DNA from: Eledone cirrhosa
Taxonomy: Eukaryota
Reading direction: 5' to 3'
DNA length: 64,000 bases
Assembly: GCA_964016885.1 (NCBI GenBank)
Contig: OZ024745.1
Coordinates: 4,278,001-4,342,000 of the forward strand
Below are positions 51,101-63,500 of this stretch, one piece after another; position 1 is the first letter of the stretch, and the number at the start of each line of letters is the position of its first letter. Position numbers and translations under genes: made by a program. The notes beneath the pieces were generated by a model. It worked only from the letters and a program-made list of their open reading frames with translations. It searched no databases and had not been told where the DNA came from.

Positions 51101-54100
51101 AGAGTGCAGTGAATCAGAATAAAGTGAGAGTGCAGTGAACCAGAATAAAGTGAGAGTGCAGTGAACTGGAATAAAGTGAGAGTGCAGTGAACTGGAATAA
51201 AGTGAGAGTGCAGTGAATCAGAATAAAGTGAGAGTGCAGTGAACCAGAATAAAGTAAGAGTGCAGTGAACTGGAATAAAGTGAGAGTGCAGTGAACTGGA
51301 ATAAAGTGAGAGTGCAGTGAACTGGAATAAAGTGAGAGTGCAGTGAACTGGAATAAAGTGAGAGTGCAGTGAACCAGAATAAAGTGAGAGTGCAGTGAAC
51401 TGGAATAAAGTGAGAGTGCAGTGAACCAGAATAAAGTGAGAGTGCAGTGAACTGGAATAAAGTGAGAGTGCAGTGAACTGGAATAAAGTGAGAGTGCAGT
51501 GAACCAGAATAAAGTGAGAGTGCAGTGAACTGGAATAAAGTGAGAGCGCAGTGAATCAGAATAAAGTGAGAGTGCAGTGAACTGGAATAAAGTGAGAGTG
51601 CAGTGAATCAGAATAAAGTGAGAGCGCAGTGAACCAGAATAAAGTAAGAATGCAGTGAACTGGAATAAAGTGAGAGTGCAGTGAACTGGAATAAAGTGAG
51701 AGTGCAGTGAACTGGAATAAAGTGAGAGTGCAGTGAACCAGAATAAAGTGAGAGTGCAGTGAACCAGAATAAAGTGAGAGTGCAGTGAACTCGAATAAAG
51801 TGAGAGTGCAGTGAACTGGAATAAAGTGAGAGTGCAGTGAACTGGAATAAAGTGAGACTGCAGTGAACTGGAATAAAATGAGAGTGCAGTGAACCAGAAT
51901 AAAGTGAGAGTGCAGTGAACTGGAATAATGTGAGAGTGCAGTGAACTGGAATAAAGTGAGAGTGCAGTGAACCAGAATAAAGTGAGAGTGCAGTGAACTG
52001 GAATAAAGTGAGAGCGCAGTGAATCAGAATAAAGTGAGAGTGCAGTGAACTGGAATAAAGTGAGAGTGCAGTGAATCAGAATAAAGTGAGAGTGCAGTGA
52101 AGCAGAATAAAGTAAGAGTGCAGTGAACTGGAATAAAGTGAGAGTGCAGTGAACTGGAATAAAGTGAGAGTGCAGTGAACTGGAATAAAGTAAGAGTGCA
52201 GTGAACTAGAATAAAGTGAGAGTGCAGTGAACTGGAATAAAGTGAGCGTGCAGTGAACTGGAATAAAGTGAGAGTGCAGTGAACCAGAATAAAGTGAGAG
52301 TGCAGTGAACTGGAATAAAGTGAGAGTGCAGAGAACCAGAATAAAGTGAGAGTGCAGTGAACTGGAATAAAGTGAGAGTGCAGTGAACTGGAATAAAGTG
52401 AGAGTGCAGTGAATCAGAATAAAGTGAGAGTGCAGTGAACCAGAATAAAGTAAGAGTGCAGTGAACTGGAATAAAGTGAGAGTGCAGTGAACTGGAATAA
52501 AGTGAGAGTGCAGTGAACTGGAATAAAGTGAGAGTGCAGGGAACTGGAATAAAGTGAGAGTGTAGTGAACTGGAATAAAGTGAGGGTGCAGTGAACTGGA
52601 ATAAAGTGAGAGTGCAGTGAACCAGAATAAAGTAAGAGTGCAGTGAACTGGAATAAAGTGAGAGCGCAGTGAATCAGAATAAAGTTAGAGTGCAGTGAAC
52701 CAGAATAAAGTTAGAGTGCAGTGAACTGGAATAAAGTGAGAGTGCAGTGAACTGGAATAAAGTGAGAGTGCAGTGAATCAGAATAAAGTGAGAGTGCAGT
52801 GAACCAGAATAAAGTAAGAGTGCAGTGAACTGGAATAAAGTGAGAGTGCAGTGAACTGGAATAAAGTGAGAGTGCAGTGAACTGGAATAAAGTAAGAGCG
52901 CAGTGAACTGGAATAAAGTGAGAGTGCAGTGAACTGGAATAAAGTGAGAGTGCAGTGAACTGGAATAAAGTGAGAGTGCAGTGAACCAGAATAAAGTGAG
53001 AGTGCAGTGAACTGGAATAAAGTGAGAGCGCAGTGAACTGGAATAAAGTGAGAGTGCAGTGAACTGGAATAAAGTAAGAGCGCAGTGAACTGAAATAAAG
53101 TGAGAGTGCAGTGAACCAGAATAAAGTGAGAGTGCAGTAAACTGGAATAAAGTGAGAGTGCAGTGAACCAGAATAAAGTGAGAGTGCAGTGAACTGGAAT
53201 AAAGTGAGAGTGCAGTGAACCAGAATAAAGTGAGAGTGCAGTGAACTGGAATAAAGTGAGAGTGCAGTGAACCGGAATAAAGTGAGAGTGCAGTGAACTG
53301 GAATAAAGTGAGAGTGCAGTAAACCAGAATAAAGTGAGAGTGCAGTGAACTGGAATAAAGTGAGAGCGCAGTGAACCGGAATAAAGTGAGAGTGCAGTGA
53401 ACTGTAATAAAGTGAGAGTGCAGTGAACTGGAATAAAGTGAGAGTGCAGTGAACCAGAATAAAGTGAGAGTGCAGTGAACTGGAATAAAGTGAGAGTGCA
53501 GTGAACTGGAATAAAGTGAGAGTGCAGTGAACCAGAATAAAGTGAGAGTGCAGTGAACTGGAATAAAGTGAGAGTGCAGTGAATCAGAATAAAGTGAGAG
53601 TGCAGTGAACCAGAATAAAGTGAGAGTGCAGTGAACTGGAATAAAGTGAGAGTGCAGTGAACTGGAATAAAGTGAGAGTGCACTGAACTGGAATAAAGTG
53701 AGAGTGCAGTGAACCAGAATAAAGTCAGAGTGCAGTGAACTGGAATAAAGTCAGAGTGCAGTGAACTGGAATAAAGTGAGAGTGCAGTGAACCAGAATAA
53801 AGTGAGAGTGCAGTGAACCAGAATAAAGTGAGAGTGCAGTGAACTGGAATAAAGTGAGAGTGCAGTGAACCAGAATAAAGTGAGAGTGCAGTGAACTGGA
53901 ATAAAGTGAGAGTGCAGTGAATCAGAATAAAGTGAGAGTGCAGTGAACCAGAATAAAGTGAGAGTGCAGTGAACTGGAATAAAGTGAGAGTGCAGTGAAC
54001 TGGAATAAAGTGAGAGTGCAGTGAACTGGAATAAAGTGAGAGTGCAGAGAACCAGAATAAAGTGAGAGTGCAGTGAACTGGAATAAAGTGAGAGTGCAGT

Positions 54101-55120
54101 GAACCAGAATAAAGTGAGAGTGCAGTGAACTGGAATAAAGTGAGAGTGCAGTGAATCAGAATAAAGTGAGAGTGCAGTGAACCAGAATAAAGTAAGAGTG
54201 CAGTGAACTGGAATAAAGTGAGAGCGCAGTGAATCAGAATAAAGTGAGAGTGCAGTGAACCAGAATAAAGTGAGAGTGCAGTGAACTGGAATAAAGTGAG
54301 AGTGCAGTGAACTGGAATAAAGTGAGAGTGCAGTGAATCAGAATAAAGTGAGAGTGCAGTGAACCAGAATAAAGTAAGAGTGCAGTGAACTGGAATTAAG
54401 TGAGAGTGCAGTGAACTGGAATAAAGTGAGAGTGCAGTGAACTGGAATAAAGTGAGAGTGCAGTGAACTGGAATAAAGTGAGAGTGCAGTGAACCAGAAT
54501 AAAGTGAGAGTGCAGTGAACTGGAATAAAGTGAGAGTGCAGTGAACCAGAATAAAGTGAGATTGCAGTGAACTGGAATAAAGTGAGAGTGCAGTGAACTG
54601 GAATAAAGTGAGAGTGCAGTGAACCAGAATAAAGTGAGAGTGCAGTGAACTGGAATAAAGTGAGAGCGCAGTGAATCAGAATAAAGTGAGAGTGCAGTGA
54701 ACTGGAATAAAGTGAGAGTGCAGTGAATCAGAATAAAGTGAGAGCGCAGTGAACCAGAATAAAGTAAGAGTGCAGTGAACTGGAATAAAGTGAGAGTGCA
54801 GTGAACTGGAATAAAGTGAGAGTGCAGTGAACTGGAATAAAGTGAGAGTGCAGTGAACCAGAATAAAGTGAGAGTGCAGTGAACCAGAATAAAGTGAGAG
54901 TGCAGTGAACTGGAATAAAGTGAGAGTGCAGTGAACTGGAATAAAGTGAGAGTGCAGTGAACTGGAATAAAGTGAGAGTGCAGTGAACTGGAATAAAGTG
55001 AGAGTGCAGTGAACTGGAATAAAGTGAGAGTGCAGTGAACCAGAATAAAGTGAGAGTGCAGTGAACTGGAATAATGTGAGAGTGCAGTGAACTGGAATAA
55101 AGTGAGAGTGCAGTGAACCA
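48127..55120 (+). repeat. HOR copy, sub-lineage II (269 monomers)
   Basis: Markers are offset 6,994 from the previous copy (identical 301-aa pseudo-ORFs 45784-46689 and 52778-53683), with a four-monomer deletion near 49.4 kb. Confidence 0.85.
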
Positions 55121-57570
55121 GAATAAAGTGAGAGTGCAGTGAAATGGAATAAAGTGAGAGCGCAGTGAATCAGAATAAAGTGATAGTGCAGTGAACTGGA
55201 ATAAAGTGAGAGTGCAGTGAATCAGAATAAAGTGAGAGTGCAGTGAACCAGAATAAAGTAAGAGTGCAGTGAACTAGAATAAAGTGAGAGTGCAGTGAAC
55301 TGGAATAAAGTGAGAGTGCAGTGAACTGGAATAAAGTGAGAGTGCAGTGAACTGGAATAAAGTAAGAGTGCAGTGAACTAGAATAAAGTGAGAGTGCAGT
55401 GAACCAGAATAAAGTGAGAGTGCAGTGAACTGGAATAAAGTGAGAGTGCAGAGAACCAGAATAAAGTGAGAGTGCAGTGAACTGGAATAAAGTGAGAGTG
55501 CAGAGAACCAGAATAAAGTGAGAGTGCAGTGAACTGGAATAAAGTGAGAGTGCAGTGAACTGGAATAAAGTGAGAGTGCAGTGAATCAGAATAAAGTGAG
55601 AGTGCAGTGAACTGGAAGAAAGTGAGAGCGCAGTGAATCAGAATAAAGTGAGAGTGCAGCGAACTGGAATAAAGTGAGAGTGCAGTGAACTGGAATAAAG
55701 TGAGAGTGCAGTGAACTGGAATAAAGTGAGAGTGCAGTGAACTGGAATAAAGTGAGAGTGCAGTGAACTGGAATAAAGTAAGAGTGCAGTGAACTAGAAT
55801 AAAGTGAGAGTGCAGTGAACCAGCATAAAGTGAGAGTGCAGTGAACTGGAATAAAGTGAGAGTGCAGAGAACCAGAATAAAGTGAGAGTGCAGTGAACTG
55901 GAATAAAGTGAGAGTGCAGTGAATCAGAATAAAGTGAGAGTGCAGTGAACCAGAATAAAGTAAGAGTGCAGTGAACTGGAATAAAGTGAGAGTGCAGTGA
56001 ACTGGAATAAAGTGAGAGTGCAATGAACTGGAATAAAGTGAGAGTGCAGGGAACTGGAATAAAGTGAGAGTGCAGTGAACTGGAATAAAGTGAGGGTGCA
56101 GTGAACTGGAATAAAGTGAGAGTGCAGTGAACCAGAATAAAGTAAGAGTGCAGTGAACTGGAATAAAGTGAGAGCGCAGTGAATCAGAATAAAGTGAGAG
56201 TGCAGTGAACCAGAATAAAGTGAGAGTGCAGTGAACTGGAATAAAGTGAGAGTGCAGTGAACCAGAATAAAGTGAGAGTGCAGTGAACTGGAATAAAGTG
56301 AGAGCGCAGTGAATCAGAATAAAGTGAGAGTGCAGTGAACTGGAATAAAGTGAGAGTGCAGTGAATCAGAATAAAGTGAGAGCGCAGTGAACCAGAATAA
56401 AGTAAGAGTGCAGTGAACTGGAATAAAGTGAGAGTGCAGTGAACTGGAATAAAGTGAGAGTGCAGTGAACTGGAATAAAGTGAGAGTGCAGTGAACCAGA
56501 ATAAAGTGAGAGTGCAGTGAACCAGAATAAAATGAGAGTGCAGTGAACTGGAATAAAATGAGAGTGCAGTGAACTGGAATAAAGTGAGAGTGCAGTGAAC
56601 TGGAATAAAGTGAGAGTGCAGTGAACTGGAATAAAGTGAGAGTGCAGTGAACCAGAATAAAGTGAGAATGCAGTGAACTGGAATAATGTGAGAGTGCAGT
56701 GAACTGGAATAAAGTGAGAGTGCAGTGAACCAGAATAAAGTGAGAGTGCAGTGAACTGGAATAAAGTGAGAGCGCAGTGAATCAGAATAAAGTGAGAGTG
56801 CAGTGAACTGGAATAAAGTGAGAGTGCAGTGAATCAGAATAAAGTGAGAGTGCAGTGAACCAGAATAAAGTAAGGGTGCAGTGAACTGGAATAAAGTGAG
56901 AGTGCAGTGAACTGGAATAAAGTGAGAGTGCAGTGAACTGGAATAAAGTGAGAGTGCAGTGAACTGGAATAAAGTAAGAGTGTAGTGAACTAGAATAAAG
57001 TGAGAGTGCAGTGAACTGGAATAAAGTGAGAGTGCAGTGAACCAGAATAAAGTGAGAGTACAGTGAACTGGAATAAAGTGAGAGTGCAGAGAACCAGAAT
57101 AAAGTGAGAGTGCAGTGAACTGGAATAAAGTGAGAGTGCAGTGAACCAGAATAAAGTAAGAGTGCAGTGAACTGGAATAAAGTGAGAGTGCAGTGAACTG
57201 GAATAAAGTGAGAGTGCAGTGCACCAGAATAAAGTGAGAGTGCAGTGAACTGGAATAAAGTGAGAGTGCAGTGAATCAGAATAAAGTGAGAGTGCAGTGA
57301 ACCAGAATAAAGTAAGAGTGCAGTGAACTGTAATAAAGTGAGAGCGCAGTGAATCAGAATAAAGTGAGAGTGCAGTGAACCAGAATAAAGTGAGAGTGCA
57401 GTGAACTGGAATAAAGTGAGAGTGCAGTGAACTGGAATAAAGTGAGAGTGCAGTGAATCAGAATAAAGTGAGAGTGCAGTGAACCAGAATAAAGTAAGAG
57501 TGCAGTGAACTGGAATAAAGTGAGAGTGCAGTGAACTGGAATAAAGTGAGAGTGCAGTGAACTGGAATAA
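55121..57570 (+). repeat. Last, partial copy of the ~7-kb HOR
   Basis: GAAATG 55121, CAGCAT 55821, GTGCAC ~57220 and CTGTAAT ~57330 are in the expected order. The downstream markers (GTTAG, GTGGAG, ACAGG, ACTCG) never appear. Confidence 0.8.
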
Positions 57571-60500
57571 AGTGAGAGTGCAGTGAACTGGAATAAAGTG
57601 AGAGTGCAGTGAACCAGAATAAAGTGAGAATGCAGTGAACTGGAATAAAGTGAGAGTGCAGTGAACTGGAATAAAGTGAGAGTGCAGTGAACCAGAATAA
57701 AGTGAGAGTGCAGTGAACTGGAATAAAGTGAGAGCGCAGTGAATCAGAATAAAGTGAGAGTGCAGTGAACCAGAATAAAGTGAGAGTGCAGTGAACTGGA
57801 ATAAAGTGAGAGTGCAGTGAACTGGAATAAAGTGAGAGTGCAGTGAATCAGAATAAAGTGAGAGTGCAGTGAACCAGAATAAAGTAAGAGTGCAGTGAAC
57901 TGGAATAAAGTGAGAGTGCAGTGAACTGGAATAAAGTGAGAGTGCAGTGAACTGGAATAAAGTGAGAGTGCAGTGAACTGGAATAAAGTGAGAGTGCAGT
58001 GAATCAGAATAAAGTGAGAGTGCAGTGAACTGGAATAAAGTGAGAGTGCAGTGAACCAGAATAAAGTGAGAGTGCAGTGAACTGGAATAAAGTGAGAGTG
58101 CAGTGAACTGGAATAAAGTGAGAGTGCAGTGAACTGGAATAAAGTGAGAGTGCAGTGAACTGGAATAAAGTGAGAGTGCAGTGAATCAGAATAAAGTGAG
58201 AGTGCAGTGAACTGGAATAAAGTGAGAGTGCAGTGAACCAGAATAAAGTGAGAGTGCAGTGAATCAGAATAAAGTGAGAGTGCAGTGAACTGGAATAAAG
58301 TGAGAGCGCAGTGAATCAGAATAAAGTGAGAGTGCAGTGAACTGGAATAAAGTGAGAGTGCAGTGAATCAGAATAAAGTGAGAGTGCAGTGAACCAGAAT
58401 AAAGTAAGAGTGCAGTGAACTGGAATAAAGTGAGAGTGCAGTGAACTGGAATAAAGTGAGAGTGCAGTGAACTGGAATAATGTGAGAGTGCAGGGAACTG
58501 GAATAAAGTGAGAGTGCAGTGAACTGGAATAAAGTGAGGGGGCAGTGAACTGGAATAAAGTGAGAGTGCAATGAACCAGAATAAAGTAAGAGTGCAGTGA
58601 ACTGGAATAAAGTGAGAGCGCAGTGAATCAGAATAAAGTGAGAGTGCAGTGAACCAGAATAAAGTGAGAGTGCAGTGAACTGGAATAAAGTGAGAGTGCA
58701 GTGAACTGGAATAAAGTGAGAGTGCAGTGAATCAGAATAAAGTGAGAGTGCAGTGAACTAGAATAAAGTGAGAGTGCAGTGAACTGGAATAAAGTGAGAG
58801 TGCAGTGAACTGGAATAAAGTGAGAGTGCAGTGAATCAGAATAAAGTGAGAGTGCAGTGAACCAGAATAAAGTGAGAGTGCAGTGAACTGGAATAAAGTG
58901 AGAGTGCAGTGAACTGGAATAAAGTAAGAGTGCAGTGAACTGGAATAAAGTGAGAGTGCAGTGAACTGGAATAAAGTGAGAGTGCAGTGAACTAGAATAA
59001 AGTGAGAGTGCAGTGGACTGGAATAAAGTGAGAGTGCAGTGAACTGGAATAAAGTGAGAGTGCAGTGAACTGGAATAAAATGAGAGTGCAGTGAATCAGA
59101 ATAAAGTGAGAGTGCAGTGAACCAGAATAAAGTAAGAGTGCAGTGAACTGGAATAAAGTGAGAGTGCAGTGAACTGGAATAAAGTGAGAGTGCAGTGAAC
59201 TGGAATAAAGTGAGAGTGCAGTGAACTGGAATAAAGTGAGAGTGCAGTGAATCAGAATAAAGTGAGAGTGCAGTGAACTGGAATAAAGTGAGAGTGCAGT
59301 GAACCAGAATAAAGTGAGAGTGCAGTGAACTGGAATAAAGTGAGAGTGCAGTGAACTGGAATAAAGTGAGAGCGCAGTGAACTGGAATAAAGTGAGAGTG
59401 CAGTGAACTGGAATAAAGTGAGAGTGCAGTGAACCAGAATAAAGTGAGAGTGCAGTGAACTGGAATAAAGTGAGAGTGCAGTGAACCAGAATAAAGTGAG
59501 AGTGCAGTGAACTGGAATAAAGTGAGAGTGCAATGAACTGGAATAAAGTGAGAGCGCAGTGAACCAGAATAAAGTGAGAGCGCAGTGAACCAGAATAAAG
59601 TAAGAGTGCAGTGAACTGGAATAAAGTGAGAGTGCAGTGAACTGAAATAAAGTGAGAGTGCAGTGAACTGGAATAAAGTGAGAGTGCAGTGAACTGGAAT
59701 AAAGTGAGAATGCAGTGAACTGGAATAAAGTGAGAGTGCAGTGAACCAGAATAAAATGAGAGTGCAATGAACTGGAATAAAGTGAGAGTGCAGTGAACTG
59801 GAATAAAGTGAGAGTGCAGTGAACTGGAATAAAGTGAGAGTGCAGTGAACCAGAATAAAGTGAGAGTGCAGTGGACTGGAATAAAGTGAGAGTGCAGTGA
59901 ACCAGAATAAAGTGAGAGTGCAGTGAACTGGAATAAAGTGAGAGTGCAGTGAACTGGAATAAAGTGAGAATGCAGTGAACCAGAATAAAGTGAGAGTGCA
60001 GTGAACTGGAATAAAGTGAGAGCGCAGTGAATCAGAATAAAGTGAGAGTGCAGTGAACTGGAATAAAGTGAGAGTGCAGTGAACTGGAATAAAGTGAGAG
60101 TGCAGTGAACTGGAATAAAGTGAGAGTGCAGTGAACTGGAATAAAGTGAGAGTGCAATGAACTGGAATAAAGTGAGAGTGCAGTGAACCAGAATAAAGTG
60201 AGAGTGCAGTGAACTGGAATAAAGTGAGAGTGCAGTGAACCAGAATAAAGTGAGAGTGCAGTGAACTGGAATAAAGTGAGAGTGCAGTGAACTGGAATAA
60301 AGTGAGAGTGCAGTAAACCAGAATAAAGTGAGAGTGCAGTGAACTGGAATAAAGTGAGAGCGCAGTGAATCAGAATAAAGTGAGAGTGCAGTGAACTGGA
60401 ATAAAGTGAGAGTGCAGTGAATCAGAATAAAGTGAGAGCGCAGTGAACCAGAATAAAGTAAGAGTGCAGTGAACTGGAATAAAGTGAGAGTGCAGTGAAC

Positions 60501-63500
60501 TGGAATAAAGTGAGAGTGCAGTGAACTGGAATAAAGTGAGAGTGCAGTGAACCAGAATGAAGTGAGAGTGCAGTGAACCAGAATAAAGTGAGAGTGCAGT
60601 GAACTGGAATAAAGTGAGAGTGCAGTGAACTGGAATAAAGTGAGAGTGCAGTGAACTGGAATAAAGTGAGAGTGCAGTGAACTGGAATAAAGTGAGAGTG
60701 CAGGGAACTGGAATAAAGTGAGAGTGCAGGGAACTGGAATAAAGTGAGAGTGCAGTGAACCAGAATAAAGTGAGAGTGCAGTGAACTGGAATAAAGTGAG
60801 AGCGCAGTGAATCAGAATAAAGTGAGAGTGCAGTGAACTGGAATAAAGTGAGAGTGCAGTGAATCAGAATAAAGTGAGAGTGCAGTGAACCAGAATAAAG
60901 TAAGAGTGCAGTGAACTGGAATAAAGTGAGAGTGCAGTGAACTGGAATAAAGTGAGAGTGCAGTGAACTGGACTAAAGTGAGAGTGCAGTGAGCTGGAAT
61001 AAAGTAAGAGTGCAGTGAACTAGAATAAAGTGAGAGTGCAGTGAACTGGAATAAAGTGAGAGTGCAGTGAACTGGAATAAAGTGAGAGCGCAGTGAATCA
61101 GAATAAAGTGAGAGTGCAGTGAACCAGAATAAAGTGAGAGTGCAGTGAACTGGAATAAAGTGAGAGTGCAGTGAATCAGAATAAAGTGAGAGTGCAGTGA
61201 ACCAGAATAAAGTAAGAGTGCAGTGAACTGAAATAAAGTGAGAGTGCAGTGAACTGGAATAAAGTGAGAGTGTAGTGAACTGGAATAAAGTGAGAGTGCA
61301 GTGAACTGGAATAAAGTGAGAGTGCAGTGAACTGGAATAAAGTGAGAGTGCAGTGAACTGGAATAAAGTGAGAGTGTAGTGAACTGGAATAAAGTGAGAG
61401 TGCAGTGAACTGGAATAAAGTGAGAGTGCAATGAACTGAAATAAAGTGAGAGTGCAGTGAACCAGAATAAAGTGAGAGTGCAGTGAATCAGAATAAAGTG
61501 AGAGTGCAGTGAACTGGAATAAAGTGAGAGTGCAGTGAACTGGAATAAAGTGAGAGTGCAGTGAACTGGAATAAAGTGAGAGTGCAGGGAACTGGAATAA
61601 AGTGAGAGTGCAGTGAACTGGAATAAAGTGAGAGTGCAGTGAACTGGAATAAAGTGAGAGTGCAGTGAACTGGAATAAAGTGAGAGTGCAGTGAACTGGA
61701 ATAAAGTGAGAGTTCAGTGAACCAGAATAAAGTGAGAGTGCAATGAACCAGAATAAAGTGAGAGTGCAGTGAACTGGAATAAAGTGAGAGTGCAGTGAAC
61801 TGGAATAAAGTGAGAGTGCAGTGAACCAGAATAAAGTGAGAGTGCAGTGAACTGGAATAAAGTGAGAGTGCAGTGAACCAGAATAAAGTGAGAGTGCAGT
61901 GAACTGGAATAAAGTAAGAGTGCAGTGAACTGGAATAAAGTGAGAGTGCAGTGAACTGAAATAAAGTGAGAGTGCAGTGAACTGGAATAAAGTGAGAGTG
62001 CAGTGAACTGGAATAAAGTGAGAGTGTAGTGAACCAGAATAAAGTGAGAGTGCAGTGAACCAGAATAAAGTGAGAGTGCAGTGAACTGGAATAAAGTGAG
62101 AGTGCAGTGAACCAGAATAAAATGAGAGTACAGTGAACTGGAATAAAGTGAGTGCAGTGAATCAGAATAAAGTGAGAGTGCAGTGAACCAGAATAAAGTG
62201 AGAGTGCAGTGAACCAGAATAAAATGAGAGTGCAGTGAACTGGAATAAAGTGAGAGTGCTGTGAATCAGAATAAAGTGAGAGTGCAGTGAACTGGAATAA
62301 AGTGAGAGCGCAGTGAACTGGAATAAAGTGAGAGTGCAGTGAACCAGAATAAAGTGAGAGTGCAGTGAACTGGAATAAAGTGAGAGCGCAGTGAACCAGA
62401 ATAAAGTGAGAGTGCAGTGAACTGGAATAAAGTGAGAGTGCAGTAAATCAGAATAAAGTGAGAGTGCAGTGAACCAGAATAAAATGAGAGTGCAGTGAAC
62501 CAGAATAAAATGAGAGTGCAGTGTACTGGAATAAAGTGAGAGTGCAGTGAACCAGAATAAAATGAGAGTGCAGTGAACCAGAATAAAGTGAGAGTGCAAT
62601 GAACTGGAATAAAGTGAGAGTGCAGTGAACTGGAAAAAAGTGAGAGTGCAGTGAATCAGAATAAAGTGAGAGTGCAGTGAACCAGAATAAAGTAAGAGTG
62701 CAGTGAACTGAAATAAAGTGAGAGTGCAGTGAACTGGAATAAAGTGAGAGTGCAGTGAACTGGAATAAAGTGAGAGTGCAGTGAACTGGAATAAAGTGAG
62801 AGTGCAGTGAACTGGAATAAAGTGAGAGTGCAGTGAACTGGAATAAAGTGAGAGTGTAGTGAACTGGAATAAAGTGAGAGTGCAGTGAACTGGAATAAAG
62901 TGAGAGTGCAATGAACTGAAATAAAGTGAGAGTGCAGTGAACCAGAATAAAGTGAGAGTGCAGTGAATCAGAATAAAGTGAGAGTGCAGTGAACTGGAAT
63001 AAAGTGAGAGTGCAGTGAACTGGAATAAAGTGAGATTGCAGTGAACTGGAATAAAGTGAGAGTGCAGGGAACTGGAATAAAGTGAGAGTGCAGTGAACTG
63101 GAATAAAGTGAGAGTGCAGTGAACTGGAATAAAGTGAGAGTGCAGTGAACTGGAATAAAGTGAGAGTGCAGTGAACTGGAATAAAGTGAGAGTTCAGTGA
63201 ACCAGAATAAAGTAAGAGTGCAATGAACCAGAATAAAGTGAGAGTGCAGTGAACTGGAATAAAGTGAGAGTGCAGTGAACTGGAATAAAGTGAGAGTGCA
63301 GTGAACCAGAATAAAGTGAGAGTGCAGTGAACTGGAATAAAGTGAGAGTGCAGTGAACCAGAATAAAGTGAGAGTGCAGTGAACTGGAATAAAGTGAGAG
63401 CACAGTGAATCAGAATAAAGTGAGAGTGCAGTGAACTGGAATAAAGTGAGAGTGCAGTGAATCAGAATAAAGTGAGAGCGCAGTGAACCAGAATAAAGTA

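Noticed and set aside
1-57570. Rolling-circle amplification or pure assembly artefact
   Set aside because: Copies differ in length by whole monomers and share nested derived variants in a lineage-like pattern, which fits genuine evolution. Exact copy order still needs read validation.
1064-63403. All 19 minus-strand ORFs (60-346 aa) as protein-coding genes
   Set aside because: They are translations of the satellite. Starts are mostly incidental GTG/TTG codons created by rare point variants and stops are TCA/CTA-type variants. They contain no unique domain and simply recur with the HOR.
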